Shown here piece after piece: positions 54,820 through 64,000 of a stretch of DNA of 64,000 nt. The translations under genes were made by a program, and so were the position numbers. Position 1 is the first letter of the stretch, and each line of letters opens with the position of its first letter. The stretch is from Candidatus Dormiibacterota bacterium (lineage in GTDB: Bacteria; Chloroflexota; Dormibacteria; Aeolococcales; Aeolococcaceae): contig DATBPD010000079.1 in NCBI GenBank assembly GCA_036561525.1, positions 405 to 64,404 on the forward strand, given 5' to 3'. Under the pieces are notes generated by a model. That model did not search any database. It was not told where the DNA came from and was given only the letters and a program-made list of their open reading frames with translations.

Positions 54820-55638
54820 GTGAGTCGAATCGCTCGGGTCCTGAGCATCGCATCGTCCGACTCCGGGGGCGGCGCGGGCATCCAGGCTGACCTGCGCGCC
54901 TTTGCGGCGGCAGGGTGTCACGGCAGCAGCGTCATCGTGGCCCTCACCGCCCAGAACACGCGCGAGGTGCGCGCGGTGCACACTGTTCCGCCCTGGTTCG
55001 TCGACACCCAGCTGGCCGCCGTGTTCGACGACATTGGCGTCGATGCCGCCAAGACCGGGATGCTTTTCTCCGCGGAGACCATCGAGTCCGTCGCCGCGTT
55101 CCTCGCCACCCACCCGGTTCCCCTGGTGGTTGACCCGGTGATGGTGGCCAGCTCCGGGGCGCGGCTGCTGCGCGAGGACGCCGTGGGTGCGATGGTCCGC
55201 AGCCTCTTCCCGCTGGCCACCGTCATCACCCCGAACGTTCTCGAGGCCCGAGCCCTGACCGGAACGGGCGGTTCGCGTCGTGAGCTGGCCGAGCGCCTGC
55301 ACACGATGGGCGCTGCGGCGGTGATCGTCACCGGGGGTCATGGTGACGACCCCGTCGACCACCTCTTCGACGGACGGCGCCACCTCGAGATCGGAGTCCC
55401 TCGACACAGCATCGCGGCCACGCACGGAGCGGGGTGCACACATTCGGCGACCCTGGCCGCGCTCATCGCCCAGGGATGGCCGCTCGAGGAGGCCGCGCGC
55501 CATGCCGCCGCCATCGCGGCTGCGGCGATCGCCCGCGGGCTGACCGAGATCGGCGGCGGCGACGGACCGGTGGACGTGCTCGATGTCCGCAGCCGTGTCC
55601 AGGCGCGGCCGATGGTCGCCAGTGGAGGGAGCAGGTGA
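54820..55638 (+). CDS. thiD: hydroxymethylpyrimidine/phosphomethylpyrimidine kinase
   Basis: GTG 54820 lies 6 nt after the GGGAG Shine-Dalgarno sequence (the track start at 54814 is in frame). Motifs: SSDSGGGAGIQADL, DPVMVASSG, THGAGCT. Confidence 0.9.
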   Translation: MSRIARVLSIASSDSGGGAGIQADLRAFAAAGCHGSSVIVALTAQNTREVRAVHTVPPWFVDTQLAAVFDDIGVDAAKTGMLFSAETIESVAAFLATHPVPLVVDPVMVASSGARLLREDAVGAMVRSLFPLATVITPNVLEARALTGTGGSRRELAERLHTMGAAAVIVTGGHGDDPVDHLFDGRRHLEIGVPRHSIAATHGAGCTHSATLAALIAQGWPLEEAARHAAAIAAAAIARGLTEIGGGDGPVDVLDVRSRVQARPMVASGGSR

Positions 55639-56447
55639 CAGAAACCGCCGACCTGGCCACCGGCGATTCGCTGCGGCGCATGCGCGAACAGCGCCCCCTG
55701 GTGCACCAGATCACCAACTTCGTGGTCATGAACGAGACCGCCAACGCCACACTCGCCATCGGCGCGCTGCCGGTGATGGCCCATGCCCCGGAGGAGGTGG
55801 CCGAGATGGCCAGTGTCGCCGGTGCACTGGTGCTGAACATCGGCACCCTGACCCGCGAATGGGTCGAATCGATGATCCTGGCCGGCCGGGCCGCGGATCG
55901 AGCAGGCATCCCGGTCGTGCTCGACCCCGTTGGCGTAGGGGCGACCACGCTCCGCACCCAGAGCGCACAGCGGATCATGAATGAGGTGGCGGTGGCCATC
56001 GTGCGCGGCAACGCGGCCGAGGTGGCAACGCTGGCCGGCCGGACTGCGCAGATCCGCGGCGTCGAGTCCATCGGTGACATCGACGACGTCGGTGAGCTCG
56101 CCCGGGCGGCAGCACGGACCCTCGGCTGCACGGTGGCGGTCACCGGCCCGATCGACGCGGTCAGCGACGGTCACAACACGCTGCTCGTGGCCAACGGACA
56201 TGCCCTGCTGGCCACGGTGACCGGCACCGGCTGCATCGCTTCGGCCATAACCGGCTGCTTTGCGGCAGTCAATCGCAAGCAGCCGCTCCTGGCGGCCACC
56301 GAGGCCCTGGTGGCGCTCGGCGTCGCCGGCGAAGACGCGGCCCGGCACAGCAGCGGGCCAGGCACGTTCCACGCCGCGCTCTATGACGCGCTCTACGCGC
56401 TGTTGCCCGACACAGTGGACGAGCGTGCGAAGGTCAGCAGCCGATGA
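55635..56447 (+). CDS. thiM: hydroxyethylthiazole kinase
   Basis: GTG 55635 overlaps the thiD stop (GTGA). Motifs: PLVHQITNFVVMNETANATLAIGA, VLDPVG, TGTGC. Confidence 0.85.
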   Translation: MTETADLATGDSLRRMREQRPLVHQITNFVVMNETANATLAIGALPVMAHAPEEVAEMASVAGALVLNIGTLTREWVESMILAGRAADRAGIPVVLDPVGVGATTLRTQSAQRIMNEVAVAIVRGNAAEVATLAGRTAQIRGVESIGDIDDVGELARAAARTLGCTVAVTGPIDAVSDGHNTLLVANGHALLATVTGTGCIASAITGCFAAVNRKQPLLAATEALVALGVAGEDAARHSSGPGTFHAALYDALYALLPDTVDERAKVSSR

Positions 56448-57013
56448 GGCTGCATGCCGTGGTCGACGATGTCGACGTCGCCGAGCGCGCGGTCGCCGCC
56501 GGTGCCACCGTTGTGCAGGTGCGGCTCAAGGACGCGGGCACCGCCGCACGCGCCGCGATGGGGCTCCGGCTGCGCCACCTTCCGGCCATGCTCGTCATCA
56601 ACGATGACGTCGAGGCGGCACTGCGGTGTGGTGCCGACGGCGTGCACCTGGGCCAGACCGACAGCGGTGCGCAACGGGCGCTTTCGGCCGGCCTGTTGGT
56701 GGGGATCAGCGCACAGGACGTGGCCCAGGCCGAGGACGGGCAGGCGCTCGGTGCCGCATACATCGGCGCCGGCCCGGTCTGGACCACCCCCACCAAACGA
56801 GACGCAGGCGCGCCGATCGGGATCGACGCGCTGGCGGCGATGTGCGCTGCGGTCAACATCCCCGTTGTCGCGATCGGCGGCGTCGACGCCGGCAACGCCG
56901 GCCTCTGCATCCGGGCCGGCGCCGCGGGGGTGGCGGTGGTGCGCGCGGCGGGGGATGCCGCCTCCCTCCGGCTGGCCATCGACTCGGCGCTGGCGATGAG
57001 CGTGCGCGCCTGA
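56444..57013 (+). CDS. thiE: thiamine-phosphate synthase
   Basis: The ATG overlaps the thiM stop (ATGA). Motifs: VQVRLKD, INDDVE, GVHLGQ, GAGPVWTTPTK, VVAIGGV. Confidence 0.85.
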   Translation: MRLHAVVDDVDVAERAVAAGATVVQVRLKDAGTAARAAMGLRLRHLPAMLVINDDVEAALRCGADGVHLGQTDSGAQRALSAGLLVGISAQDVAQAEDGQALGAAYIGAGPVWTTPTKRDAGAPIGIDALAAMCAAVNIPVVAIGGVDAGNAGLCIRAGAAGVAVVRAAGDAASLRLAIDSALAMSVRA

Positions 57014-57030
57014 CCGAGCTCGCGCCGCCC

Positions 57031-57486
57031 TCAGGCGGAGTCGGCGAGCTTCTCGTCCAGCGGCCGCGCGTTCGGCGCCACCGAGCGGAAGCGCCGGACG
57101 ATCTCCGGGAGGAGGTTGACGGCGATGACCGGGTTCTCGATCAGGAACTGGCGGAAGCTGCCGTCGCCCAGCGTGAGACAGCGCAGCCGTGAGGTTGCTC
57201 TGACGCTGGCGGTGCGCGACTTGCCATCGAGGGCAGCCACCTCGCCGAAGAAGTCACCGGCTTGCAGATGGTGGACGACGTTGCCGTCGACGATGACGTC
57301 GGCCTCGCCCTCGAGGATGATGAAGAAGTCCGGTCCCGAGAGCCCCTCGGTGAGCACGCCGTGGCCGGCGAGGTACGTCGAGTCGTCGAAGCGCTCGGCG
57401 ACATTGCGGATCTGCTCCTTGTCCAGCCCAGCAAAGAGCGGGCTGCGCTCCAGCGTGGGAATCACGTCCTCGCGAACTGTGGCCAT
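57031..57486 (-). CDS. stand-alone cyclic-nucleotide-binding domain protein
   Basis: 151 aa with cNMP-binding pattern FFIILEGEADV...GDFFGEVAAL...RTASVRA. Confidence 0.75.
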   Translation of the reverse strand: MATVREDVIPTLERSPLFAGLDKEQIRNVAERFDDSTYLAGHGVLTEGLSGPDFFIILEGEADVIVDGNVVHHLQAGDFFGEVAALDGKSRTASVRATSRLRCLTLGDGSFRQFLIENPVIAVNLLPEIVRRFRSVAPNARPLDEKLADSA

Positions 57487-57543
57487 GGCAATCTCCCTCC
57501 ACCCGGCGCAGGCCGCGCCGTTGCGGCCAGTGTAGCCAGGTGG

Positions 57544-58650
57544 TCAGTCGAGGAAGTCGGCGAGCCGGCGGCTTCGCGAAGGGTGGCGCATCTTGCGCAG
57601 CGCCTTCGCCTCGATCTGTCTGATGCGCTCGCGGGTGACACCGAATCGACGGCCGACCTCGTCGAGCGTTCGTGGATGTCCGTCGACGAGCCCGAAACGG
57701 AGCTGGATGACGCGCCGCTCGCGAGGCGTGAGCGTGTCGAGGATGTCCTCCACCTCGACACCCAGCATCGTGCTGGCGGCTGCGTCCTGGGGCCGGATCG
57801 CCCCGGTGTCCTCGATCAGCTCGCCGAGCTCGGCGTCGCCATCGTCACCGACGGGCGTCTCCAGCGACACAGGGTCCTGGGCCACGCGGCGGATCTCCTT
57901 GACGCGCTCCGGAGTCAGCCCGAGCTCCTCGGCAATCTCCTCGTCGTCGGGCTCACGGCCCAGTTCCTGCACCAGCCGGCGGGCGACGCGGGCCTGGCGG
58001 TTGACCAGCTCCACCATGTGCACCGGGATGCGGATGGTGCGCGCCTGGTCGGCGATGGCGCGGGTGATCGCCTGCCGGATCCACCAGGTCGCGTACGTCG
58101 AGAACTTGTACCCACGGTGGTAGTCGAACTTGTCGACCGCACGCAACAGGCCCAGGTTGCCCTCCTGGATGAGATCGAGGAATGGCATGCCGCGCCCGAA
58201 GTACTTTTTGGCAATGCTGACCACAAGTCGGAGGTTGGCCGCGGCAAGAAGGTGCTTGGCGTCGTCATCGCCGGCCTCGATGCGCTGGGCGTAGAGCACC
58301 TCCTGCTCCTTGGTGAGCAGGGCAACCTCGCCGATCTCTCGCAGGTACATGCGTACCGGGTCGTCGAGCGACACCGCCGTGCTGACGTCGACCAGCGCCG
58401 GAGTGTCCTCCTCCTCGTCTGGATTCTCCACGCCCTCGCCGGCGATGGCGATGCCCATCTGCCTGAACGAGTCGAACAATCGCTCCAGGGCGTCGGGCTC
58501 GAGCTCGAGATCTGGGAAGGCGGCGATGATGTCGTCGGCGGGTATCTCCCCGTGCTCCTTGCCGCGCACGATCAGACCCTCGGCCGCCATCACCAGCGGA
58601 TCGAGCGCCGCGCCGTTGGCGCGCGTCTGCGTCAGCGTTGCAGTTGGCAT
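57544..58650 (-). CDS. sigA: primary RNA polymerase sigma-70 factor
   Basis: 368 aa. Region 2 motif [29 protein letters not shown]. Region 4 motif [19 protein letters not shown]. Short region 1. Confidence 0.9.
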   Translation of the reverse strand: MPTATLTQTRANGAALDPLVMAAEGLIVRGKEHGEIPADDIIAAFPDLELEPDALERLFDSFRQMGIAIAGEGVENPDEEEDTPALVDVSTAVSLDDPVRMYLREIGEVALLTKEQEVLYAQRIEAGDDDAKHLLAAANLRLVVSIAKKYFGRGMPFLDLIQEGNLGLLRAVDKFDYHRGYKFSTYATWWIRQAITRAIADQARTIRIPVHMVELVNRQARVARRLVQELGREPDDEEIAEELGLTPERVKEIRRVAQDPVSLETPVGDDGDAELGELIEDTGAIRPQDAAASTMLGVEVEDILDTLTPRERRVIQLRFGLVDGHPRTLDEVGRRFGVTRERIRQIEAKALRKMRHPSRSRRLADFLD

Positions 58651-58790
58651 GCTCTCTTCGTCGCTCCCAGTCCCAGGTCAACCGTCGGACGTCTCCCTCT
58701 CCACGTACAGGGTGACGGTTTTGGTCTCCGTTCTGCATCCTGCCGCGTCCGCCGCGACGGGCGCTGTGTCAGCAGAGCCGACACAAGGCG

Positions 58791-59549
58791 TCAGCCCGGC
58801 GCGCTCACGACGGCCTGGGACGCGGGTTCGGCGTCGAGCCGGCCTTCCCGATCCATGGCGGCGGGGCGGCCGAGATGGTATCCCTGGCCGAGCTTGATGC
58901 CTGCCTGCGCGACCAGCCGCGCCATGGCCTCGTTCTCGATGCCCTCGGCGATCGGCGTGGGTCCACCGAGCCCTGCCCGCGCCGCACAGCGTTCGGCGAA
59001 GCCGCGACGAGCGGGGTCGGCCATGGCGGCGACGGTCGGACGCGACAGCTTGACGAAGTCGGGCTGCTCGCTGGACGCCAGCAGAGACGCCTCCTCGCCC
59101 GCGTTGACAGCGACGGCGAGGCGAGCACCGCGGCGACGGTAGGGCCGCAGCAGGTCCATCAGCGTGGCCACGTCGGCAACCGTCGTGGGCCGCACAACCT
59201 CGATGACGACCCCCAACACCGGGCGACCCGAGTCGCTCAGCAGCTGGGCCAGCGACTCGGCGTCGGCCTCGCCGTTCTGCAACGCGTCCGGGTTGAGGTT
59301 CAGCGAAAGGAACGGTCCATCGGCCATGCCTCGGGCTCCGACCAGCGCGGCGCGGCGGCAGAGCCAGTCGAGGTCGCGGGTCACACCCTCGGCGCGTGCG
59401 GTGCGAAAGAACTCCTCCACGCTGCCGTCGTCGGCGACGTTGGCCGGCCGCGCCAGCGCCTCGTAACCCGCGACGGTGCGCGAGTCGAGGTGCAGGATGG
59501 GCTGGTAGACGGCGCGGACGTGCTGACGGGTGAGCACGCGCGCAAGCAC
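58791..59549 (-). CDS. stand-alone EAL-domain c-di-GMP phosphodiesterase
   Basis: 252 aa with a GTG start. Motifs: YQPI, EALAR, NLNP, IAEGIE, GQGYHLGRP. Confidence 0.8.
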   Translation of the reverse strand: MLARVLTRQHVRAVYQPILHLDSRTVAGYEALARPANVADDGSVEEFFRTARAEGVTRDLDWLCRRAALVGARGMADGPFLSLNLNPDALQNGEADAESLAQLLSDSGRPVLGVVIEVVRPTTVADVATLMDLLRPYRRRGARLAVAVNAGEEASLLASSEQPDFVKLSRPTVAAMADPARRGFAERCAARAGLGGPTPIAEGIENEAMARLVAQAGIKLGQGYHLGRPAAMDREGRLDAEPASQAVVSAPG

Positions 59550-59654
59550 CCCGTTCCAGTTCCCCGCGTCGCGTTTCTTGATTGGTGTGCCTCCGTGAGC
59601 TGCGCCCCTCGATCACCTCGCGGTGCGCTCGCGGCTGACCGCGACCACTGGGAC

Positions 59655-60146
59655 TCAGTGGCCGCGCTCGTGCTCCAGGAGGCGACGCTTGGTATCGAGA
59701 CCATAGTAATAACCGCCCAGAGACCCATCGCTGCGCACAATGCGGTGACAGGGCACGAACAGACAGATGGCATTGCGGGCGCAGGCCGAGCCGGCCGCGC
59801 GGACGGCCCGCGGCGCCCCGGCCCTGGCGGCGAGCTCCGCGTAGCTCACGGTGGTACCCGCGGCCACCTCGCGCATCGCCGCCCAGACCCTGGTATGGAA
59901 GGGGCTGCCCGGCTGGCTGACGGTGACGGTGTCGAGAGCGCCGACCTCCCCGGCGAAATAGTCGCGCAGCGCCGCCGCAGCGCTGGTGTCGCCGTGGCGA
60001 ACCGGCTCACGGCGGAGCGATGGTTGCAGCCGGTCGCGCAGCTCATCGATGTCGCTGGTGAACGAGGCCACGTGCAGGCAGTCCTCACTGCCGATGAGCG
60101 ACAGGTCGCCCAGCGGTGTGGCGACTGTGGTGGTGATCAGGGTCAC
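59655..60146 (-). CDS. ogt: methylated-DNA--protein-cysteine methyltransferase
   Basis: 163 aa from GTG 60146, which overlaps the upstream stop (GTGA). Active site VPCHRIV. Confidence 0.85.
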   Translation of the reverse strand: MTLITTTVATPLGDLSLIGSEDCLHVASFTSDIDELRDRLQPSLRREPVRHGDTSAAAALRDYFAGEVGALDTVTVSQPGSPFHTRVWAAMREVAAGTTVSYAELAARAGAPRAVRAAGSACARNAICLFVPCHRIVRSDGSLGGYYYGLDTKRRLLEHERGH

Positions 60147-61612
60147 GATGCTCTCTCCATGGTGTGGGCGGGATGCGACAGTTGGTTCCAGAGGTGCACC
60201 GTGGCGTAGGCGCGCCACGGGCGCCAGCGCTCGGCCCGGCTGAGCAGCGCAGCGCCGTTCTCCCCGCCGGCCTGGGCGACGGCCCGACGCAGCCCGAGGT
60301 CACCGGCCGGGAAGGCGTCGGGGTCGCGCAGCCCGCGCATGGCGACGTACGTGGCGGTCCACGCGCCGATGCCCCGAATCGACAGCAGCCGGCGCACCGT
60401 CTCGGGCGCGTCCGCACCGGGTGTGAGGTCGATGTCCCCATTGGCGATTGCCACAGTCAGCCTGCGCAGTGTCGCCGCGCGCTCGCCGGTGAGCCCGAGC
60501 CCGCCGAGGTCTGCGTTCGCGACGGCCGCCGCGGTCGGGAAGATGCGCTCAACGCCGTGGCGCGGGCGGGGCAGCGGCGCGCCCACGTGCTCGGTGAGTC
60601 GCGAGGCGAGCGCGGTGGCGCGGGCGACGGAGACCTGCTGCCCGAGCACAGCTCGAATGGCGATCTCCACGCCATCCACACAGCCCGGCACCCGGAGCCC
60701 CGGTCGGGCGCAGACGAGCGGCGCGAGCAGCGCATCTGCGCCGAGGACGGCGGCGATGGCCTGGGGGTCGGCGTCGACGTCGAAGAGCCGGCGACAGGCG
60801 TCCACCGCAGCGCCGAGGTCGCGGACATCGTCGAGCCACAGCCGTACCAGCAGCTGCGCGGGCTGGGGCTCGAGCTCCACGACGGCCGCGGCATTGGGCA
60901 GCGACAGAGAGCGCGTCAGGGACACCGATGAGCAGCGCTCGACCGAGGCCACGGCGCGCTGCGCAAAGAATGCCAGCAACGCGCAGCCGTCAAAGGGAGG
61001 TCGGACGCCGAGCCGGAGAGTGATCGCACCCTCCCCGTCGTGGCCGGCAGAACCGCGGCGACGGAGCTCGGTGGGTGGGCGGCCGGTCCCGGCGCGGATC
61101 TCGCTGTTGAACTGGCGCAGAGACGAGTAGCCGGCGCTGAACGCAACATCGGTGATGGGCATGGCCGTCTGCTCGATCAACGTGCGGGCGGTCTGGAGGC
61201 GACGCATGCGGGCCAGCGTCGACGGGCCGGCTCCGACGGCGGCGGACAGGACTCGATGGAGGTGGCGCTCGCTGACCTCGAGCCGGCGGGCAAGGGCGGC
61301 GACCCCCGCCCCTCCGTCGGCGGCGCCGGCGGCGATCAGGCGGAGCGCCCGGTCGACGACGCGGTCGCCGGCGGGGGTCTGGACGGGCCCCGGGGCAAGG
61401 TCCGGCCGGCAGCGCAGGCAGGCGCGGAAACCCGCTGCCTGGGCTGCGGCGGCGCTGGGGTAGAAACGCACGTTGGCCCGCTTGGGCGTCTGCGCCGGGC
61501 AGATGGGCCGGCAGTAGATGCCCGTGCTCGTGACCGCGGTGAAGAAGCGGCCGTCGAAGCGCGCATCGCGGCTGAGGATTGCCCGGTAGCAGGCGTCGAA
61601 GTCGTCGTGCAT
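60143..61612 (-). CDS. alkA: Ada N-terminal Zn domain / AraC HTH / AlkA DNA-3-methyladenine glycosylase II fusion
   Basis: 489 aa. Cys4 pattern CRPICP...CLRCRP, AraC-type HTH in the middle, and a C-terminal HhH-GPD AlkA-like domain. Confidence 0.8.
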   Translation of the reverse strand: MHDDFDACYRAILSRDARFDGRFFTAVTSTGIYCRPICPAQTPKRANVRFYPSAAAAQAAGFRACLRCRPDLAPGPVQTPAGDRVVDRALRLIAAGAADGGAGVAALARRLEVSERHLHRVLSAAVGAGPSTLARMRRLQTARTLIEQTAMPITDVAFSAGYSSLRQFNSEIRAGTGRPPTELRRRGSAGHDGEGAITLRLGVRPPFDGCALLAFFAQRAVASVERCSSVSLTRSLSLPNAAAVVELEPQPAQLLVRLWLDDVRDLGAAVDACRRLFDVDADPQAIAAVLGADALLAPLVCARPGLRVPGCVDGVEIAIRAVLGQQVSVARATALASRLTEHVGAPLPRPRHGVERIFPTAAAVANADLGGLGLTGERAATLRRLTVAIANGDIDLTPGADAPETVRRLLSIRGIGAWTATYVAMRGLRDPDAFPAGDLGLRRAVAQAGGENGAALLSRAERWRPWRAYATVHLWNQLSHPAHTMERAS

Positions 61613-61687
61613 GACCCAAGCATGGCCGCTGGCACGGCGGCTTGGCTGGCGGTTTTCGGACCCACCGTCGGAAGCGTGGGTCGTAGC

Positions 61688-62653
61688 TCAGACCGTGAGC
61701 ACAACCTTGCCGATCGCGCGTCTGCCCTCGATGAGCCGCAGCGCGTCCGCAGCGTCGCCCAGAGGGTAGGTGGCGCCGAGCGCCGGAGCCACCTGGCCGG
61801 CCTCGATCATCGGGTGCAGCGCAGCGACCGTCGCCACAAACAGCGCTGGATCTCCGCCCAACCAGGCGCCCCATGCCGCGCCGACGATGGCGATGTTGCG
61901 CAGCAGCAAACGGTTGGCAGCAACGGTCGGGATCCTGCCTTCCGTGAAGCCGACGACCACGAGCCTGCCACCGGGGGCGAGGCAGCGGAGGCTTTCGTCG
62001 AAGCGATCGCCACCGACCGGGTCGACGATCACGTCAGCACCGCGACCCGCGTTGAGGGTTCGCACCAGGGCCGGCCAGTCCTCGCCGCTGTCGATGACGC
62101 TGTCCGCGCCGGCGCTGCGGGCCATGTCCGCCTTGGCCGCGCTGCTCGTGACCGCCGCCACGGTCGCGCCAAGCGCCCTGGCGACCTGGATCACGGCCGT
62201 GCCCACCCCGCCCGCCGCGCCGTGGACGACAACCGTCTCGCCGGCGGTGAGGCCGGCGCGTCGGGTCAACGCGAAGTGGGCGGTGTGGTAGTTGAGGATC
62301 AGTCCCGCCCCCTGCTCCATGCTGAGCTGCCGGGGCAGCGGGCAGGTGAGGGCTGATGGCGCTGTGGCGATCTCGGCAAAGCCGCCGACCATGGTCACCG
62401 CCATGACACGATCGCCCGCGGCGAAGCCGCTGCCGTCGGGCGCGCTTCTCACCGTGCCGGCAACCTCGATCCCGGGAACGAAGGGCAGCGGCGGCTTGGT
62501 CTGGTAGAGGCCGCGGCTCATCAGCACGTCGGGGAAGCTGACGCCGGCCGCCGCCACGGCGATGACCACCTGGCCGTCGCCGTCAGGTTCAGGGATGTCT
62601 GCTGGGCGAAGCCCGTCGGGACCGTCGAGCGATTCAATCCGCTGGACGCGCAT
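61688..62653 (-). CDS. qor: NADPH:quinone oxidoreductase (medium-chain dehydrogenase/reductase family)
   Basis: 321 aa from internal ATG 62653. Lacks structural-zinc Cys residues. Nucleotide motif HGAAGGVG. Confidence 0.75.
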   Translation of the reverse strand: MRVQRIESLDGPDGLRPADIPEPDGDGQVVIAVAAAGVSFPDVLMSRGLYQTKPPLPFVPGIEVAGTVRSAPDGSGFAAGDRVMAVTMVGGFAEIATAPSALTCPLPRQLSMEQGAGLILNYHTAHFALTRRAGLTAGETVVVHGAAGGVGTAVIQVARALGATVAAVTSSAAKADMARSAGADSVIDSGEDWPALVRTLNAGRGADVIVDPVGGDRFDESLRCLAPGGRLVVVGFTEGRIPTVAANRLLLRNIAIVGAAWGAWLGGDPALFVATVAALHPMIEAGQVAPALGATYPLGDAADALRLIEGRRAIGKVVLTV

Positions 62654-62811
62654 GGCCGGGCATGATGGCACGCCGGCGCTGCGCCCGACTGCTCGAACCT
62701 CGCCGGGCGCGGTGCGCCACAATTACGCAGGGCATTGGCGTTTCACCGTTGGAGCGCCCTGACATGCCCCGTCCACGCCGCCGTCGCGGACAAGGGAGAA
62801 CCCTCATCGTG

Positions 62812-63234
62812 ATGGAGATGACACCGATCGCCGCCGACACCGAGGTGCCGCCGCGGAGCGCGCCCTTCGAACAGAAGATGGCGTACTACCGTTCCCAGCA
62901 CACCACCGTGGGAGTTCGCGCCACCCACATGGTGGGGATCCCCGCGGTCACCGCGTCGATGCCACTCATGGTCGCCCGACCACGCCTCGGCGTACCCCTG
63001 TTCCTGGCAGGCTGGACCCTGCAGGTCATCGGCCACAAGGTCTTCGAGAAGAACAGCCCGGCGCTGTCGAAGGGCTTCTTCACCTACCAGTTCTGCGGCC
63101 TCGCCTTCTGGTGCGAGGAGATGGCTGACCTGATCGCCGGGCGGTCTCCGCTCAGCCGTGGCCGCAGAGCCCGCTCCGAAGACAGCGACGACATCGCCGG
63201 GATCCCGATCGGAGACTACGCGCACGCCCGCTGA
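62812..63234 (+). CDS. DUF962/Mpo1-like membrane protein
   Basis: 140 aa from internal ATG 62812. Pattern YRSQHTTVGVRATHMVGIP...GHKVFEKNSPAL typical of this family, judged by eye. Confidence 0.5.
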   Translation: MEMTPIAADTEVPPRSAPFEQKMAYYRSQHTTVGVRATHMVGIPAVTASMPLMVARPRLGVPLFLAGWTLQVIGHKVFEKNSPALSKGFFTYQFCGLAFWCEEMADLIAGRSPLSRGRRARSEDSDDIAGIPIGDYAHAR

Positions 63235-63240
63235 CCTCGG

Positions 63241-64000
63241 TCAGGAGGCGATGAGCGCGACCGCCACAGCGGCCAGGAGCAGGCCGCCCACCTGCTCGCG
63301 GGCAAGACGCTCGCGCAGCATGGTCCGGGCCAGCAGCAGCGTCGTCGCCGGATACAGGGAGCTGAGCACGGCGACCAGGGCGAGCAGGCCACGATGGGTG
63401 GCGAGCACGTAGGTCAGGTTGGCGACGAAGTCGGTGACGCCGGCGAGGATGGCCAGCAGCAGAGAGCGACCGTGCGGCAGCGCCGGCGTGCCCCGTCGCA
63501 CGGCGAGCGCGGTGAGGCCGAGGAGGATGCCCACCGAGGCAGCGCGCTGGCCAACCAGCGGCCAGGCGCCGCCATTCGAGCCGGTCTGGGCCAGCAGGAC
63601 GTAGAAGCCGCCGAAGCTGACCCCGGCAGCGAGCGCCGACAGCACCGCGCCCCTGCTGACCGGTTGTCCGAGCCGCCCTTCCGATTGCCGTCCGATCAGG
63701 GCTATCGCGGGCACGGCAAGCCCCACGCCGGCAAGCGAGAGCAGGCCCGGTCGCTCGCCCCGGAGGAGGCCGACGAGCACGGGCACGATGGCGCTGAGCA
63801 CCGCGGTCAGCGGCGCCACCACCGACATCGGCCCGATCGCCAGTCCGCGGTAGAGCAGCACCACCCCGATCAGACCGACCGTTCCGGCAGCGAGTCCCCA
63901 GGCGACATCGGCCACGCGGTAGGCCGACCCCGGCAGCAGCGTCACGGCCAGCAGCGCGAGCACCAGCGTGAGCGCGTTGCTCACCTGCACGACGGCTATC
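63241..64000 (-). CDS. EamA/DMT-family transporter (5' end probably beyond the right window edge)
   Basis: Frame is open to position 64000. Repeated TM helices and Gly/Ala/Leu-rich DMT pattern. Confidence 0.7.
   Translation of the reverse strand, partial: IAVVQVSNALTLVLALLAVTLLPGSAYRVADVAWGLAAGTVGLIGVVLLYRGLAIGPMSVVAPLTAVLSAIVPVLVGLLRGERPGLLSLAGVGLAVPAIALIGRQSEGRLGQPVSRGAVLSALAAGVSFGGFYVLLAQTGSNGGAWPLVGQRAASVGILLGLTALAVRRGTPALPHGRSLLLAILAGVTDFVANLTYVLATHRGLLALVAVLSSLYPATTLLLARTMLRERLAREQVGGLLLAAVAVALIAS

Noticed and set aside
57031-57486. Stand-alone cNMP-binding protein considered as a cyclic-nucleotide defence effector (CBASS/Pycsar-like), together with the nearby EAL protein.
   Set aside because: No cyclase, effector (TIR, patatin, TM-pore or nuclease) or other defence gene is adjacent. 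The neighbours are thiE and sigA. It is more likely an ordinary signalling protein.

Overview
High-GC (about 70% by eye), densely coding bacterial chromosome segment dominated by core metabolism. I found no CRISPR array, IS element, integrase or prophage gene. Many long track ORFs are antisense shadows of real genes, as expected at this GC content. I moved several start codons using 4-nt stop/start overlaps (ATGA/GTGA), Shine-Dalgarno sequences or a recurrent leaderless-promoter geometry. In window order the content is: (1) a co-directional respiratory cluster (Rieske / split cytochrome b6 + subunit IV / tri-haem cytochrome c / coxB) with three small TM ORFs missing from the track; (2) fabH-accD-accA; (3) an MFS exporter and a GAF-GGDEF cyclase; (4) an SbcD/SbcC-like pair behind a LexA-type box; (5) two ArsA/Get3-like ATPases plus bcp; (6) dxs, a YcaQ glycosylase and a DksA-like protein; (7) a nitrogen island (glnA, fdxA, glnK, amtB, pucR, GS-like); (8) GH1, TusA-like and rhodanese genes; (9) holB; (10) an ArsR-ino1-acyltransferase-pimA-pgsA1 phosphatidylinositol-mannoside operon with a neighbouring GT4 and PlsC-like gene; (11) two tRNAs; (12) MerR plus a diiron oxygenase; (13) a GH2 lipoprotein; (14) gltX; (15) a TPP riboswitch with thiD-thiM-thiE; (16) sigA, an EAL protein, ada-alkA/ogt, qor and an EamA transporter. 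The gene content mixes actinobacterial hallmarks (PIM operon, Ada-AlkA/Ogt, ArsA pair) with non-actinobacterial ones (E. coli-type AccA/AccD, split b6/subunit IV, short SigA), so I do not assign a phylum. The most unusual single object is a tRNA-Tyr(GUA) folded as a class I tRNA, with a 5-nt variable loop and C1:G72. The other findings are regulatory sites, small ORFs and operon architectures of moderate interest. I see no clear novel multi-gene system, and all functional calls rest on motif recognition by eye without database searches.
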